Position numbers and translations under genes: made by a program
Assembly (NCBI GenBank): GCA_965223545.1
Contig: OZ245006.1
Span: forward strand, 1,472,001 to 1,536,000
Reading direction: 5' to 3'
Length of the DNA stretch: 64,000 bases
Source of the DNA: Planctomycetota bacterium
GTDB taxonomy: Bacteria; Planctomycetota; UBA1135; UBA2386
Notes under the pieces: generated by a model
What the model was told of the DNA's origin: nothing
Seen by the model: only the letters and a program-made list of their open reading frames with translations
The model's database searches: none
Part shown: positions 48,799 to 59,191 of the stretch, piece by piece
Numbering within the stretch: the stretch's first letter is position 1
Layout: the number at the start of each line of letters is the position of its first letter

Positions 48799-51700
48799 GT
48801 GGCCATCCGGACCCTACTCGCGCTCTGCGTCGTGTTGCTCTCGGGGATCGCGGCGCCGGCACAACCGAGGCCGAACGTCGTCTGGTTGGTCGTGGAGGAC
48901 ATGAGTCCGTGGCTCGGCTGCTACGGCGACGACACCGTCCCGACTCCGCACTGCGACCGGCTGGCACGCGAGGGCGTGCGCTACACCAACGCGTTCGCCA
49001 CCTCGCCGGTGTGCGCCCCAGCGCGATCGTCGCTGATCACCGGCTGCTACGCGACGCGCATCGGCACGATGCACATGCGCAACGGGTCGCGGAGCAAGGC
49101 GGCGCTCGACAAGGACCCGGAGGCCTACGACGGCATCCCGATCTACGAAGGCGTCCCGCCGGCGTTCGTTCGCTGCTTCCCGGAGCACCTGCGGCGAGCG
49201 GGCTACTACTGCACCAACAGCGCCAAGAAGGACTACCAGTTCCGAGCGCCGGGCACCGTCTGGGACGCGTCGAGCGGCAAGGCCCACTGGCGCGACCGCG
49301 CCAAAGGGCAGCCGTTCTTCAGCGTGTTCAACTACGGCGGCACGCACGAGAGCCGAGCCTTCCCGGACACTCCGCCAAGCCCGACCGTCGCCGGCCGCGA
49401 CACCGTGCCGTTGCCGCCGTTCTATCCCGACACCGACGACGTCCGCGAAGCCGTCGCCCGCACCTACGACAACATCGCCGCGATGGATCGCTGGGTCGGC
49501 GCGCGCCTGCACGAGCTCGAAGAAGCCGGCCTGCTGGCGTCGACGGTGGTGATGTTCTACAGCGACCACGGCGTCGGCCTGCCGCGCGGCAAGCGGTCGT
49601 GCTACGACACCGGCACCAGGGTGCCGCTGCTGGTGCGCTTCCCCGACGGACGCCGCGCTGGCGAGGTCGACGCCCGCGTCGTGCAGTTCGTCGACTTCGG
49701 TCCGACGGTGCTGTCACTGTGTGGCCTCGAGCCCGACCGGCGCCTCGACGGCGTGCCGTTCCTCGGGGCGTTCGCGCGCGCCGGACGCGGCTTCGCGTTC
49801 AGCCATGCCGACCGCTTCGACGCGGGCTATGACCGCCAGCGCAGCGTCAGCGACGGTCGCTATCGCTACTTGCGCAACTACGACGTCGGGGGGCCGTACC
49901 TGATCGCCAACGCGTATCGCGAGCACCTGCCGATGACGCACGACCTGTACGCGTTGCGCGGGCGCCGCGACCAGCCGGCGGCACTGTGGCAGATGACCGC
50001 CGAGACGCGCGCACCGGAGGAGCTGTACGACGCGCACGTCGACCCATGGGAGACCCACAACCTGATCGATGACCCTGCGCACGCGGAGCGGGCGGCGCAG
50101 CTGCGCAGCGAACTCGAGGGGTGGATCACGGCAACCGAAGACCTCGGCTTCGCGCTGCCGGAGACCGCGCTGGTCTCGCGACACCTCTGGCCACCCGACG
50201 GCGTGCAGCCCGCGACCCCCGCGGCGCGCATTCGAGTGGAGACGCGCGACGGGCAGCGCAAGGTCGAGATCCACTGCGATGAGCCCGGCGCTTCGATCGG
50301 CTACCGGCGGCTGCCGCAGGACGAGGGCCTGGCGTGGCGGGTCTACGACCAGCCGTTGGTCGTCGACGGCGATCAGCAACTCGCCGTGCTGACGCACCGC
50401 ATCGGGTGGCGACCGACCGAGACGGCCTTTGACGCCGGCGCAAGACCACGGGCGCCCAACGTCGTCGTCATCGTCGCCGACGACCTGGGCTACATGGACA
50501 TCGGCGCCAACAACGAGAGCTGCCTGTACGACACACCCAACATCGATCGGTTGGCGGCACGCGGCATGCGCTTCACCGACGGCTACGCGTCGTGCCCGGT
50601 GTGCTCCCCGACCCGCTACTCGTTGATGACCGGCCGCTATCCCGCGCGCGCCGACGTCACCAACTACTTCATGGGGCGGCGCGCCGAGCGGTTTCGCCCC
50701 GCCCAGGCCAAAGACCGCATGGAGCTCGACGAGGTGACGGTCGCGGAAGTGCTACGCGAACGCGATTACGCGACGTTCTTCGCCGGCAAGTGGCACCTCG
50801 GCCCCAGCGAGGAGTTCTGGCCCGAGCGCCAGGGCTTCGACGTCAACAAGGGCGGCTGGTCGAGGGGCGGGCCCTACGGGCCGGGCAAGTACTTCGTGCC
50901 CTACGGCAACCCGCGGCTCGACGACGGCCCGGAGGGCGAGCACCTGCCCGACCGGCTGGCGGCGGAAACCTGCGCCTTCGTCGAAGAACAACGCGACCGG
51001 CCGTTCCTGGCATGGCTGAGCTTCTACTCGGTGCACACGCCGCTGGTCGGCCGCGAGGACCTTGTCGCGAAGTACCGCGCGCGCATCGCGGCCCTGCCCC
51101 CGGCCGAGCTGCCGGAGTTCGGCGACGAAGAACAGGTGTTTCTCACCGAGAGGCCGCGCCGAGTGCGCCAGCTCCAACGCCACGCGGTCTACGCGGCGAT
51201 GGTCGAGGCGATGGACCTCGCCGTCGGTCGGGTCCTGGACAAGCTCGACGACCTGGGCATCGCGGACCGAACGATCGTCGTCTTCACCTCCGACAACGGC
51301 GGCCTGTCGACCAGTGAAGGCTCACCGACCAGCAACCTGCCGCTGCGGGGTGGCAAGGGCTGGATGTACGAGGGCGGCATCCGCGAGCCATGGCTGTGGT
51401 GCGTGCCCGGCGTGACCGCGGCCGGATCGGTCAGCGCGGAGCCAATCTGCAGCATCGACCTGTTGCCGACGCTGTCGGCGTTGGTCGGCATCGCCCCGGT
51501 CGCGCACGAGATCGACGGCACCGACATCGCGGCCGCGCTCCGCGGTGAGGCGCTGCAGAAGCGAGCGCTGTTCTGGCACTACCCGCACTACGGCAACCAG
51601 GGCGGCTTCCCCTCGGCGGCGATCCGGCGCGGCAACCACAAGCTGATCGAGCGGCTCGAGGACGGGCGGGTGCACCTGTTCGACCTCGCGGCCGATCCCG

Positions 51701-51879
51701 GCGAACGCGACGACCTCGCCGCGCAGCAGCCCGATCTCGTCCGCTCGCTGCGCACCCAGCTGCGTGCCTGGCAGCGCGCGATGGAGGCGAAGCTGCTGCG
51801 CCCGCACGAAGGCCGCACGCCATGGCAATACGAGCAGCCAGAGCAGCCACAGCCGCCCCCCACCAAACGCCTCCGCTGA
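48799..51879 (+). CDS. Tandem double sulfatase
   Basis: Two complete FGly sulfatase modules (CAPARSSLITG and CSPTRYSLMTG) joined by a small beta domain (GASIGYR..THRIGW). Confidence 0.92.
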   Translation: MAIRTLLALCVVLLSGIAAPAQPRPNVVWLVVEDMSPWLGCYGDDTVPTPHCDRLAREGVRYTNAFATSPVCAPARSSLITGCYATRIGTMHMRNGSRSKAALDKDPEAYDGIPIYEGVPPAFVRCFPEHLRRAGYYCTNSAKKDYQFRAPGTVWDASSGKAHWRDRAKGQPFFSVFNYGGTHESRAFPDTPPSPTVAGRDTVPLPPFYPDTDDVREAVARTYDNIAAMDRWVGARLHELEEAGLLASTVVMFYSDHGVGLPRGKRSCYDTGTRVPLLVRFPDGRRAGEVDARVVQFVDFGPTVLSLCGLEPDRRLDGVPFLGAFARAGRGFAFSHADRFDAGYDRQRSVSDGRYRYLRNYDVGGPYLIANAYREHLPMTHDLYALRGRRDQPAALWQMTAETRAPEELYDAHVDPWETHNLIDDPAHAERAAQLRSELEGWITATEDLGFALPETALVSRHLWPPDGVQPATPAARIRVETRDGQRKVEIHCDEPGASIGYRRLPQDEGLAWRVYDQPLVVDGDQQLAVLTHRIGWRPTETAFDAGARPRAPNVVVIVADDLGYMDIGANNESCLYDTPNIDRLAARGMRFTDGYASCPVCSPTRYSLMTGRYPARADVTNYFMGRRAERFRPAQAKDRMELDEVTVAEVLRERDYATFFAGKWHLGPSEEFWPERQGFDVNKGGWSRGGPYGPGKYFVPYGNPRLDDGPEGEHLPDRLAAETCAFVEEQRDRPFLAWLSFYSVHTPLVGREDLVAKYRARIAALPPAELPEFGDEEQVFLTERPRRVRQLQRHAVYAAMVEAMDLAVGRVLDKLDDLGIADRTIVVFTSDNGGLSTSEGSPTSNLPLRGGKGWMYEGGIREPWLWCVPGVTAAGSVSAEPICSIDLLPTLSALVGIAPVAHEIDGTDIAAALRGEALQKRALFWHYPHYGNQGGFPSAAIRRGNHKLIERLEDGRVHLFDLAADPGERDDLAAQQPDLVRSLRTQLRAWQRAMEAKLLRPHEGRTPWQYEQPEQPQPPPTKRLR

Positions 51880-52459
51880 ATTCGACGCGGCGCGTCCGGG
51901 CCAGCTGCGCGGGTTCGTCACCCTGGACGGCAGACCGTTCCAGGGACGGGTCGCGCTGTCGGCGGTCTCTGCGGCGCAGCCCGGTGACCCTCCCCGCTTC
52001 GATGACCGCTACGCGGAGTCCGACGAGTTCGGGCGTTTCCGGTTGTTGCTCCCGCCCGGCACGTGGCGCTTGCGCGCGTGGTTGCCGATCGAGTCGCGCG
52101 GTGTCCGGGTGTACGCCCGATCGCGGGTGCACGTCGCAGCATCGCGGGTCACCGACGCCCGCTTCGACGTGCGCGTGGGCCGCGCGGCGCTGCGCTTGCT
52201 CCGACCGGGCGGCGCGCCGGCCGCCGGCGGGCAGCTGAACGTCCATCGCGACGGCGAACCGTTCTCGGCATTGGCCGCCGTGACGGACACCGAGGGCCGC
52301 ACCACGATCGTCGGCACTCCGGGCTCGGTGGCTGCGACCCTGTCCCCCCGCAGTCCGACGGCGCAGAAGCGCGCGCCGATTTCACTACCACCGCTTGGCC
52401 TGACCGAGGGCGAGCCGCCGGAGACCGAGGTCCGGCTGCCGGTCGAGTGGGATCGGTAG
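51880..52459 (+). pseudogene. Orphan C-terminal paralog fragment of the downstream gene
   Basis: ARPGQLRGFVTLDG..PGTWR..GRAALRLLRP..TDTEGRTTIV..LPPLGLTEGEP..LPVEWDR* aligns to the last ~200 aa of 52486-55206. No convincing start. Confidence 0.75.
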
Positions 52460-52485
52460 CGGCAGCCGCGCGCTACAATCCGGCA

Positions 52486-55206
52486 ATGAGCGGAGAGAAG
52501 CAGAACAGCGCTCTGGCGGTCCTCGTCGCAGTCGTGCTCGCGACCATCGCAGTCATCGTGTGGTGGAACTACCGCACCGGCGACGCCCCCTACAGCGCGG
52601 ACCCGGTCGAGGAATCGCACGCCGCGGAGCCCGTCACCATGAGCGAAGTGCCGGCGCCCGCGGAGCGCACGGTTTCTTCGGAGACGATCGCACTCGAGCG
52701 CGCTCAGGTCGACACGACCGCTGCCCCGGCCAGCGTTTCGCGAAAAGAGGCCGTGATGCGCGGCCGGGCCACCGATGAGCAAGGCAACCCACTCCGCGGC
52801 GTCGCCGTCAGGTTGCGCGGCTGGATCGCCAACCACGAGCGCATGGCGGCACACGAGCGCGACCACGGCGAGGTCGTCTGGCAGGACCCCGACAGCAGCA
52901 CCACGGGCGCCGACGGCCAGTTCGAAGTGCGGTTTCAACCGCCGCCGCCGTACCAGTTCGTCCTCGAGCTCGCGCTCGCCGGCCGGTCGCCGGTGAACGG
53001 TCGCTGGGGCGAGATCGCGCCGGGCACGATCAAGGAGTTCGGCGACGTCGTGTTGCCGAGGGGCGTGCCGGTATCGGGGCGCGTCGTCGACACCGACGGG
53101 GCCCCGCGCGCCGACGTGATGGTGCGCTTGGATCGCTACAACCGCGCCGACCGGCCGCGCGGCGAGCTCGCTCCCAGGGCACAAGCCAGCGCGCGCACGG
53201 CCGCCGACGGCACCTTCCGCATGCACCATCCACTCGCCGCCGCGACCTGGAACTTCACCCTCCGCGGCGCGCAGCTGGCGGAGCCACGGACGGAGGTGGT
53301 CGTCGCCGCGCCTCAACTCGACCTGCAGATCACCGTTCAGCAGGAGGCAGACGTCGTCGCGATCCGCGGCATGGTCGTCGACGAGAGCGGGGCACCGGTG
53401 CGCGGCGCCAGGGTCGACCCCGTCGGGCGGAGAGGCGGAGGTTGGATGACTTCCTCGAGCCGGGACGGCACCTTCGTACTGGAGAAGCGAGCCGCGGGCG
53501 ATCCCGAGGGATCATTCCGGCTGCAGGTCGAACACGATCGCTACGAGCACCTGACCACCGAGCAGGCCTACGAGTGGGGCGCCGACGACGTGCGCATCGT
53601 GCTGCGCGCTGGCTTGGACGTGGAGATTCACGTCACCCGCGCCAGCGACGGCACACCCGTCGAAGAGTACGGCGCTCGCCTGCTGCCGAGACCCGACACG
53701 ACCAATCGGCGATCGAGCTCCGACACGGCCATCCGCGGCGGCTGGCAGCACGACGACGGCCGTCTGGTCGTCGCCTCCATCCGGCGCGGCATACACTGGT
53801 TGTTCGTCGAGCCGCGAAGCGACAGCGGGCTTGGCGACGCCGGGCCCTTCGAGATCACGGTCAGCGACGGACCGCCACCGGTGGTCGCCGTGCAGCTGCC
53901 CCCGCGCGTCGAGCAGACCATCGCGGTGAAGCGGTCGGACGGGACCGCCGTCTCCGGCACCAGGATCGAGCTGGTGCAAGCCCTCGACGGGAGTGAGATC
54001 GGGCCCAGCGACCAGATCCGTGGGATCGACGATCTGATTTGGGGCGGCCGCAAGGGCCGGTTGGTCGATCAGGCGACGACCGACACCTCCGGCTCGTGCA
54101 GCGTCGCCGGTGCCGCAGAACGAACCTGTACCCTGCGCGCCTTCGGCGACGGGCACCCTCCCATCATCCGCTCCGGCGTGCTCCTCGGCGGCGATCCGAT
54201 CGAAATGATCGTGCCCACCGGGGCCACGCTGCGCGTGACGCTGCAGCCGCTCGAGCTGCTGGCGGACTTGCGCGAGCAAGCCGGGCTGCCGCGCACCGAA
54301 CCTCTCGAGGAAAGCGAGCAGGGCAGGCTGCCCGGTGTCGCGCTGTTGCGGACGGTCGGCGACCAACGCGAGCGGCACCCCCCGGGACCGGGCAACACCG
54401 CGATCGCGTTCGATGACCGCGGCGTCGCCGAGCTGCGCGGCGTTGCCGGCGGAACCTGGGACCTGCAGCTGGTCTCCTCGACGGGCTCCGGAGCACGGTC
54501 GTATAGCACCGGCGGCGAAACCGTGCGCACCGGCGTCGTGCTCGACGACGGCGAGCAGACGGACATCGCGCTCGACATGCGCGACGCCCGCCCCGGCCGG
54601 CTGCGCGCATCGATCACCTTGGATGGCAAGCCCTATCAGGGACACGTCGAGCTGACGACGGTCACCGACGTGCTGCGCAACGGGGTTCGCCAGCGCGACC
54701 ATCGCTACACGCAATCCGACGCGGAAGGCCGACTCGAGGTGTTGCTGAGGCCGGGCACGTGGCGCGCGGGAGCGTGGCTGTCCCTCGGTTCGCACGGCGT
54801 GCGCGTGGACGCGGAATCGGTCGTGCACGTCGCCGCTGCGCAGGTCGCCGAAGCGCGGTTCGACGCACGCACCGGTCGCGCCGCGGTGCGGTTGCTGCGA
54901 CCGGACGGCGCCCCCGCCGCCGGGGTGCGAGTGGCCTTGCGACGCGACGGCGAGCCACTTCCGGCAGGTGGCCCGGCGACGGATGCCGAAGGCCGCACCA
55001 CGATCGTCGCCACGCCGGGCCCCGCGGTCCCTGCGGTCTTGATCCGCAGCCTGCGAGATGCGGAGGCAAGGCGGGCATACATCGAGCAGCACAGCAACGA
55101 TCCGGCGGCCATCGACCGGATGACGATCCAGCTGCCACCCATCGGCCTGACCGAGGGCGAGCCGGAGGAGGTCGAGATCCAGCTGCCCGCCGATTGGGAC
55201 CGGTAG
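52486..55206 (+). CDS. Membrane-anchored protein with carboxypeptidase-regulatory-like (beta-sandwich) repeats
   Basis: N-terminal TM; repeated GR(V/A)(V/T)D..G.P..G..V and T..DG.F motifs. Confidence 0.85.
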   Translation: MSGEKQNSALAVLVAVVLATIAVIVWWNYRTGDAPYSADPVEESHAAEPVTMSEVPAPAERTVSSETIALERAQVDTTAAPASVSRKEAVMRGRATDEQGNPLRGVAVRLRGWIANHERMAAHERDHGEVVWQDPDSSTTGADGQFEVRFQPPPPYQFVLELALAGRSPVNGRWGEIAPGTIKEFGDVVLPRGVPVSGRVVDTDGAPRADVMVRLDRYNRADRPRGELAPRAQASARTAADGTFRMHHPLAAATWNFTLRGAQLAEPRTEVVVAAPQLDLQITVQQEADVVAIRGMVVDESGAPVRGARVDPVGRRGGGWMTSSSRDGTFVLEKRAAGDPEGSFRLQVEHDRYEHLTTEQAYEWGADDVRIVLRAGLDVEIHVTRASDGTPVEEYGARLLPRPDTTNRRSSSDTAIRGGWQHDDGRLVVASIRRGIHWLFVEPRSDSGLGDAGPFEITVSDGPPPVVAVQLPPRVEQTIAVKRSDGTAVSGTRIELVQALDGSEIGPSDQIRGIDDLIWGGRKGRLVDQATTDTSGSCSVAGAAERTCTLRAFGDGHPPIIRSGVLLGGDPIEMIVPTGATLRVTLQPLELLADLREQAGLPRTEPLEESEQGRLPGVALLRTVGDQRERHPPGPGNTAIAFDDRGVAELRGVAGGTWDLQLVSSTGSGARSYSTGGETVRTGVVLDDGEQTDIALDMRDARPGRLRASITLDGKPYQGHVELTTVTDVLRNGVRQRDHRYTQSDAEGRLEVLLRPGTWRAGAWLSLGSHGVRVDAESVVHVAAAQVAEARFDARTGRAAVRLLRPDGAPAAGVRVALRRDGEPLPAGGPATDAEGRTTIVATPGPAVPAVLIRSLRDAEARRAYIEQHSNDPAAIDRMTIQLPPIGLTEGEPEEVEIQLPADWDR

Positions 55207-55207
55207 T

Positions 55208-55230
55208 CGCGCCCCGCAGCACGGGGCGCG
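55208..55230. terminator. Hairpin between convergent genes
   Basis: CGCGCCCCG-CAGCA-CGGGGCGCG; no U-tract. Confidence 0.35.
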
Positions 55231-55272
55231 CAGGCACTGCGCACGGCCTCTGCGCGCAGCCGGACCGAACGC

Positions 55273-56433
55273 TCAGCCGCCGCGCTTGGTCGGCTTCAAC
55301 TCACGGGCGGGCTCGGCCGCCTCCTCGTCCTCCGCCGCCGGCGGGTCGTAGTCCGCCTCGAACAGCTTCTCGCTGCCGGCGCGATTGACCCGCACGACGA
55401 CCCGATCCTTCGCCGCCCGCAGCGCGCGGCCGACGTCCTCGGCCGAGCCGATCGCGGCGCCGTCGACGTCGAGCACCACGTCGCCGACGGCGACGCCGAG
55501 GCGCGCCGCCAGCGAGCCCTCGACGACCTCGCGCACGGCCAGTCCATGGCCCTCGTCCAAGCCGAGGAAACCGCGCAGCTGATCGCCGACCGGCTCGACG
55601 ACGACGCCGAGCACGGGGCCGCGCGGCGCGGGCGCCGGCGCCATCGGACCAGGGGCGTTCTCGAGCCAGCCGCGCAAGTCGCGCTGCGGGCCACCGAACA
55701 GCCGCTGGAACGGCCCACCGCCGCTCTCCGTCCACAGCCGGATGCCGTTGCCATCCCCGAGGTACCGCTCGGCGATCTCGGGATACTGCTCGCGGAACGA
55801 GTCCAGGTCCGGCGCCTCGTAGGTCTTGGTGTCCTGCTCGCCGTTCTCGTCGGTCTCCTGCACGTCGATGCGCACGCCATCGGGACCGATGCGGATCTGC
55901 GATCCCTGCGCCTGCCCCTGGAAACCCAACCCCTGGCCCTGCTGCAGCTGGTCCATCTGCCGCCGCAGGTCGTTGAAGAAGTCGTCTTGGAAGAAGCCGC
56001 GGCGCGGCACGTCGATCTGGAAGTCGCGCTCGAGCCGCTCGAACAGCGAGTCGAACACGTCGTCCAACCGATCGGCCCGGCGCTGCAGCTCGGGAGCTCC
56101 GCGCGCATCGCGATCACTCGGCGTCAGTTGGCCGCCCTCTGGGGCGTCGAGCTGCCGCAGCAGACGGCCCGCCCGCCAGCGCACCTCGGCGTCCTCGTGC
56201 TCCTCACTGGCCTCTTGCAGAGCCTCGCGCACGGCGTCGCCGCGGCGGGTCAGCTCGCGCTGCGCTGCCTGGCGCTCGAGGAACGACGCCGCGCCGAGAT
56301 CGCGCAGCAGGTCCGGCACGGCGCGCTCGGCCAACGCCGAGGGGGCCTCGGCCTGGGGCGGCTGCTCCTGGGCAAAGACCGGCAACGCCAGCGCCGCCGG
56401 GAGCATCAACGTCAACGGGATGATCCGGATCAT
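55273..56433 (-). CDS. Secreted PDZ-domain protein without a recognisable protease domain
   Basis: Signal peptide; HEAT-like LGAASF.ER.AA..L, DAEVR.RA; C-terminal PVLGV..V.EGSLA..GDVVL..R.G. Confidence 0.8.
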   Translation of the reverse strand: MIRIIPLTLMLPAALALPVFAQEQPPQAEAPSALAERAVPDLLRDLGAASFLERQAAQRELTRRGDAVREALQEASEEHEDAEVRWRAGRLLRQLDAPEGGQLTPSDRDARGAPELQRRADRLDDVFDSLFERLERDFQIDVPRRGFFQDDFFNDLRRQMDQLQQGQGLGFQGQAQGSQIRIGPDGVRIDVQETDENGEQDTKTYEAPDLDSFREQYPEIAERYLGDGNGIRLWTESGGGPFQRLFGGPQRDLRGWLENAPGPMAPAPAPRGPVLGVVVEPVGDQLRGFLGLDEGHGLAVREVVEGSLAARLGVAVGDVVLDVDGAAIGSAEDVGRALRAAKDRVVVRVNRAGSEKLFEADYDPPAAEDEEAAEPARELKPTKRGG

Positions 56434-56581
56434 CGGTCTTCTCCATCGGTTCGAGAGAACGTGCATTCGTCGGTTGGCGGCGGGTACCCGGGGAACGGGT
56501 CGACCGGCCGAGGTCCTACACCGGGTCGGACCCAAGCCGACCGACGAACGAGCCCCGGCGAAGACTTCCGAATCGTTCGAC

Positions 56582-57196
56582 TCAACGCGCGCCGGAGACC
56601 GGCTCCGCCGCGGACTGCTCTTCCGTCGCCGGCAGCAGCGGCGGTCCATCGTCCGCCTCGAACCAGACCAGGGCCTGCTGCTGAGCCATCAGCCCCTGGT
56701 ACGCCACCGGCTGCAGCTCCCCGTGCCCAGAGCCGGCGGTGCGCGGCCAGACCGTCGGCGCCGGCAGACCCGCGCTGTGCATCAGCGGCGAACGGTCCGC
56801 GGGCGGGCGGCCGAGCAGCAGACCGGCCCCGACGACGAGCACCGCCGCGGCCACCACTCCCAGCCGGCGTCCCCAGCGGCGGCGACCGGTCGGGGCCAAC
56901 GGACGCTCGGCCGGCATCGCCGCCGTCGCCCGCCGCACCTCCCGCCGGATGTCGGCGAAGAACTCCTCGCCGACCGACGGCGCCAGCGCGCGCTGCGCCA
57001 GCGGTTGCGCGAGGCCGGCCAGGGCTTGCCGCTGCCGCCGCCAGCTGCCGAACTCACGCCGGCACTGCATGCAGCGCGCCAGATGCGCGAACACTTGCTG
57101 ACGCTGCTCGCGCGGCAACTCACCCGCCGCGGCAGCAGCCAGAATCGGCCGCGCGGCCCGACAAGCCAGTGCCCGCCCCTGCAATGCGTCCCTCAT
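56582..57196 (-). CDS. Zinc-binding anti-sigma factor
   Basis: HLARCMQC (HxxxCxxC), single TM, ATGA overlap with the sigma gene. Confidence 0.85.
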   Translation of the reverse strand: MRDALQGRALACRAARPILAAAAAGELPREQRQQVFAHLARCMQCRREFGSWRRQRQALAGLAQPLAQRALAPSVGEEFFADIRREVRRATAAMPAERPLAPTGRRRWGRRLGVVAAAVLVVGAGLLLGRPPADRSPLMHSAGLPAPTVWPRTAGSGHGELQPVAYQGLMAQQQALVWFEADDGPPLLPATEEQSAAEPVSGAR

Positions 57197-57777
57197 GGCA
57201 GCTCCCGGTCGGGGCTCATGCGCTCCCAGCACTGCCGGAACATCTGCCGCCCGCGGTGCAGGCGCCAGCGGACGGTGGCGTGCGTGACGCCGAGGATCGG
57301 CGCGATCTCGCGGCAGCTGAGGCCGTGGATGTCGCGCAGGACCAACACGGACTTGAACTTGGCATCCAGCCGGTCGAGGGCAGCCCAGACCACCGCGCGC
57401 AGCTCGCCGCGCTCGGCGATCTCGCTGGCGCCCTCGTGCGGCGTCGGCAGCCGATCGACGTAGTCGTCGATCCCCCCCGACGGATAGCCGCGTCGCTTGC
57501 GCAGCGCGTCGATCGCCAGGTTCATCACGATGCGGTAGAACCAGGTGTAGAAGCTGCGACCGAAGTCGTAGCGGTGCAGCGAGCGGTGCAGGCGGACGAA
57601 CGCGTCCTGCACGACGTCGCGGGCATCCTCCACCCGGCCCACCACGTGGTACGCCACCCAGAACGCGCGCCGGTGGTAGCGGCCGACCAGACCGTCGAAG
57701 GCGTCGCCGTCGCCATCCAAGGCGGCGCGGACGAGCTCGGCGTCGGTGGTCTCGGCCGGCGGTGCCGCCGGCATCAT
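57193..57777 (-). CDS. ECF sigma factor (RpoE-like)
   Basis: DAELV..AFDGLV.RY, DVVQDAF, FYTWFYRI..N..ID, LRDIHGLS..EIA..TVRWRLHR. Confidence 0.93.
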   Translation of the reverse strand: MMPAAPPAETTDAELVRAALDGDGDAFDGLVGRYHRRAFWVAYHVVGRVEDARDVVQDAFVRLHRSLHRYDFGRSFYTWFYRIVMNLAIDALRKRRGYPSGGIDDYVDRLPTPHEGASEIAERGELRAVVWAALDRLDAKFKSVLVLRDIHGLSCREIAPILGVTHATVRWRLHRGRQMFRQCWERMSPDRELP

Positions 57778-57958
57778 CTCGACGTCGGGAACCGGCTGTC
57801 GCTGCGCGGCGGCGAATTGTCGAGGCAGGGGACGCATGTCGGCAAAGCGGGTGGAAAGCCACCCGCAGTCGAGGTTACCGCCGTTCTACGGACCCCGAAA
57901 GCCGCCGGTGAGGCCGGTCTGCGGATCTTTGCCAGGCGCGCGGCCCAGCCCCGCTGCC

Positions 57959-58948
57959 TCAGCCCTCCGGCAGGCCCATGCGGCGGAACTTCTCGAACCG
58001 CTGCTCGAGCAGGGTCTCGACCGGCAGGGCGGACAGCTCGCCGATCCACGCCAGGATCTGGGCGCGCACGCGCTCGATGGTCCCCGGCACGTCCCGGTGC
58101 GCCCCTCCCAGGGGCTCTTCGATCACCGCGTCCACCAGGCCGAGCCGCCGCAGGTCGTCGCCGGTCAGCTTGAGCGCCTCGGCCGCCTCCGGCGTCTTCT
58201 CGCCGCTCTTCCACAGGATCGCGGCACAGCCCTCGGGGGAGATCACCGAGTAGTAGGCGTGCTCGAGCACGCCGACGCGATCGCCGACCCCGATGCCGAG
58301 CGCGCCGCCGGAGCCGCCCTCGCCGATCACGATCGCCATGATCGGCACCTTGAGGCCGAACATGTCTAGGATGTTGCGCGCGATCGCCGACGCCTGGCCG
58401 CGCTCTTCGGCGCCGATGCCGGGATACGCGCCGGGCGTGTTGATGAACGTCACGATCGGCAGGCGCAGCTTCTCGGCCAACCGCATCTTGGCCATGGCCT
58501 TGCGGTAGCCCTCGGGGTGGGCGCAGCCGAAGTTGCAGGCGAGCCGGTCCTTGACCGTCTTGCCCTTGCGGTGGCCGACCAACATGAACCGCTGGCCCTG
58601 CATCGTCGCCAGGCCGGTCACGATCGCGCGGTCGTCGCCGTAGACCCGGTCGCCGTGCAGCTCGACGAAGTCGTCCAGCATCAGCTGGATGTAGTCCGAC
58701 GTCAGCGGCCGCTCGGCGTGGCGCGCGACGTTGACCCGCTCCCATGCGGTCAGCCCGCTGTACACCTCGGTCGTCTTGCGCTCGAGCTTGCGCTCGAGGT
58801 TGACCAGCTCGCCGTTGAGGTCGAGGTGCGTGTTGAGCGCCAGCCCCTTGATCTCTTGGATCTTCGCCTCCAGCTCCAGCAGGGGGCGCTCGAAAGCGAG
58901 CCCGTCGCTGAGACGGTCGTTGGGTCTGCTAGGGGTCGTTTGCGACAA
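57959..58948 (-). CDS. accA: Acetyl-CoA carboxylase carboxyltransferase alpha subunit
   Basis: FERPL, ELHGDR, NFG..HPEGYRKA, TPGAYPG..AEERGQ, GEGGSGGAL, YSVISPEGCA. TTG start inferred from a GGAGG upstream. Confidence 0.97.
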   Translation of the reverse strand: MSQTTPSRPNDRLSDGLAFERPLLELEAKIQEIKGLALNTHLDLNGELVNLERKLERKTTEVYSGLTAWERVNVARHAERPLTSDYIQLMLDDFVELHGDRVYGDDRAIVTGLATMQGQRFMLVGHRKGKTVKDRLACNFGCAHPEGYRKAMAKMRLAEKLRLPIVTFINTPGAYPGIGAEERGQASAIARNILDMFGLKVPIMAIVIGEGGSGGALGIGVGDRVGVLEHAYYSVISPEGCAAILWKSGEKTPEAAEALKLTGDDLRRLGLVDAVIEEPLGGAHRDVPGTIERVRAQILAWIGELSALPVETLLEQRFEKFRRMGLPEG

Positions 58949-59191
58949 GAGGGCCTCCCGGGTCCGACTGAAACGGCGGAGAATTCTAGCAGCCCGCCAC
59001 CGAAAAGCTGCGCCCGCCCGCCCCCTCCGTCGGGCTCCCCCGGTCGAGGCCGGCCGTGGCGGCCCAATCGGCCGCCGCAACGGCCCTTGGGGCTCCGGCA
59101 AACCGCGGCCCGACCCACCCGCGTTGCGCAGCACGGGGATTGCCCGCAAGCCGGCCTTGTGTCGCGGTCGGCGGTCAGGCATCGTTCCGCC

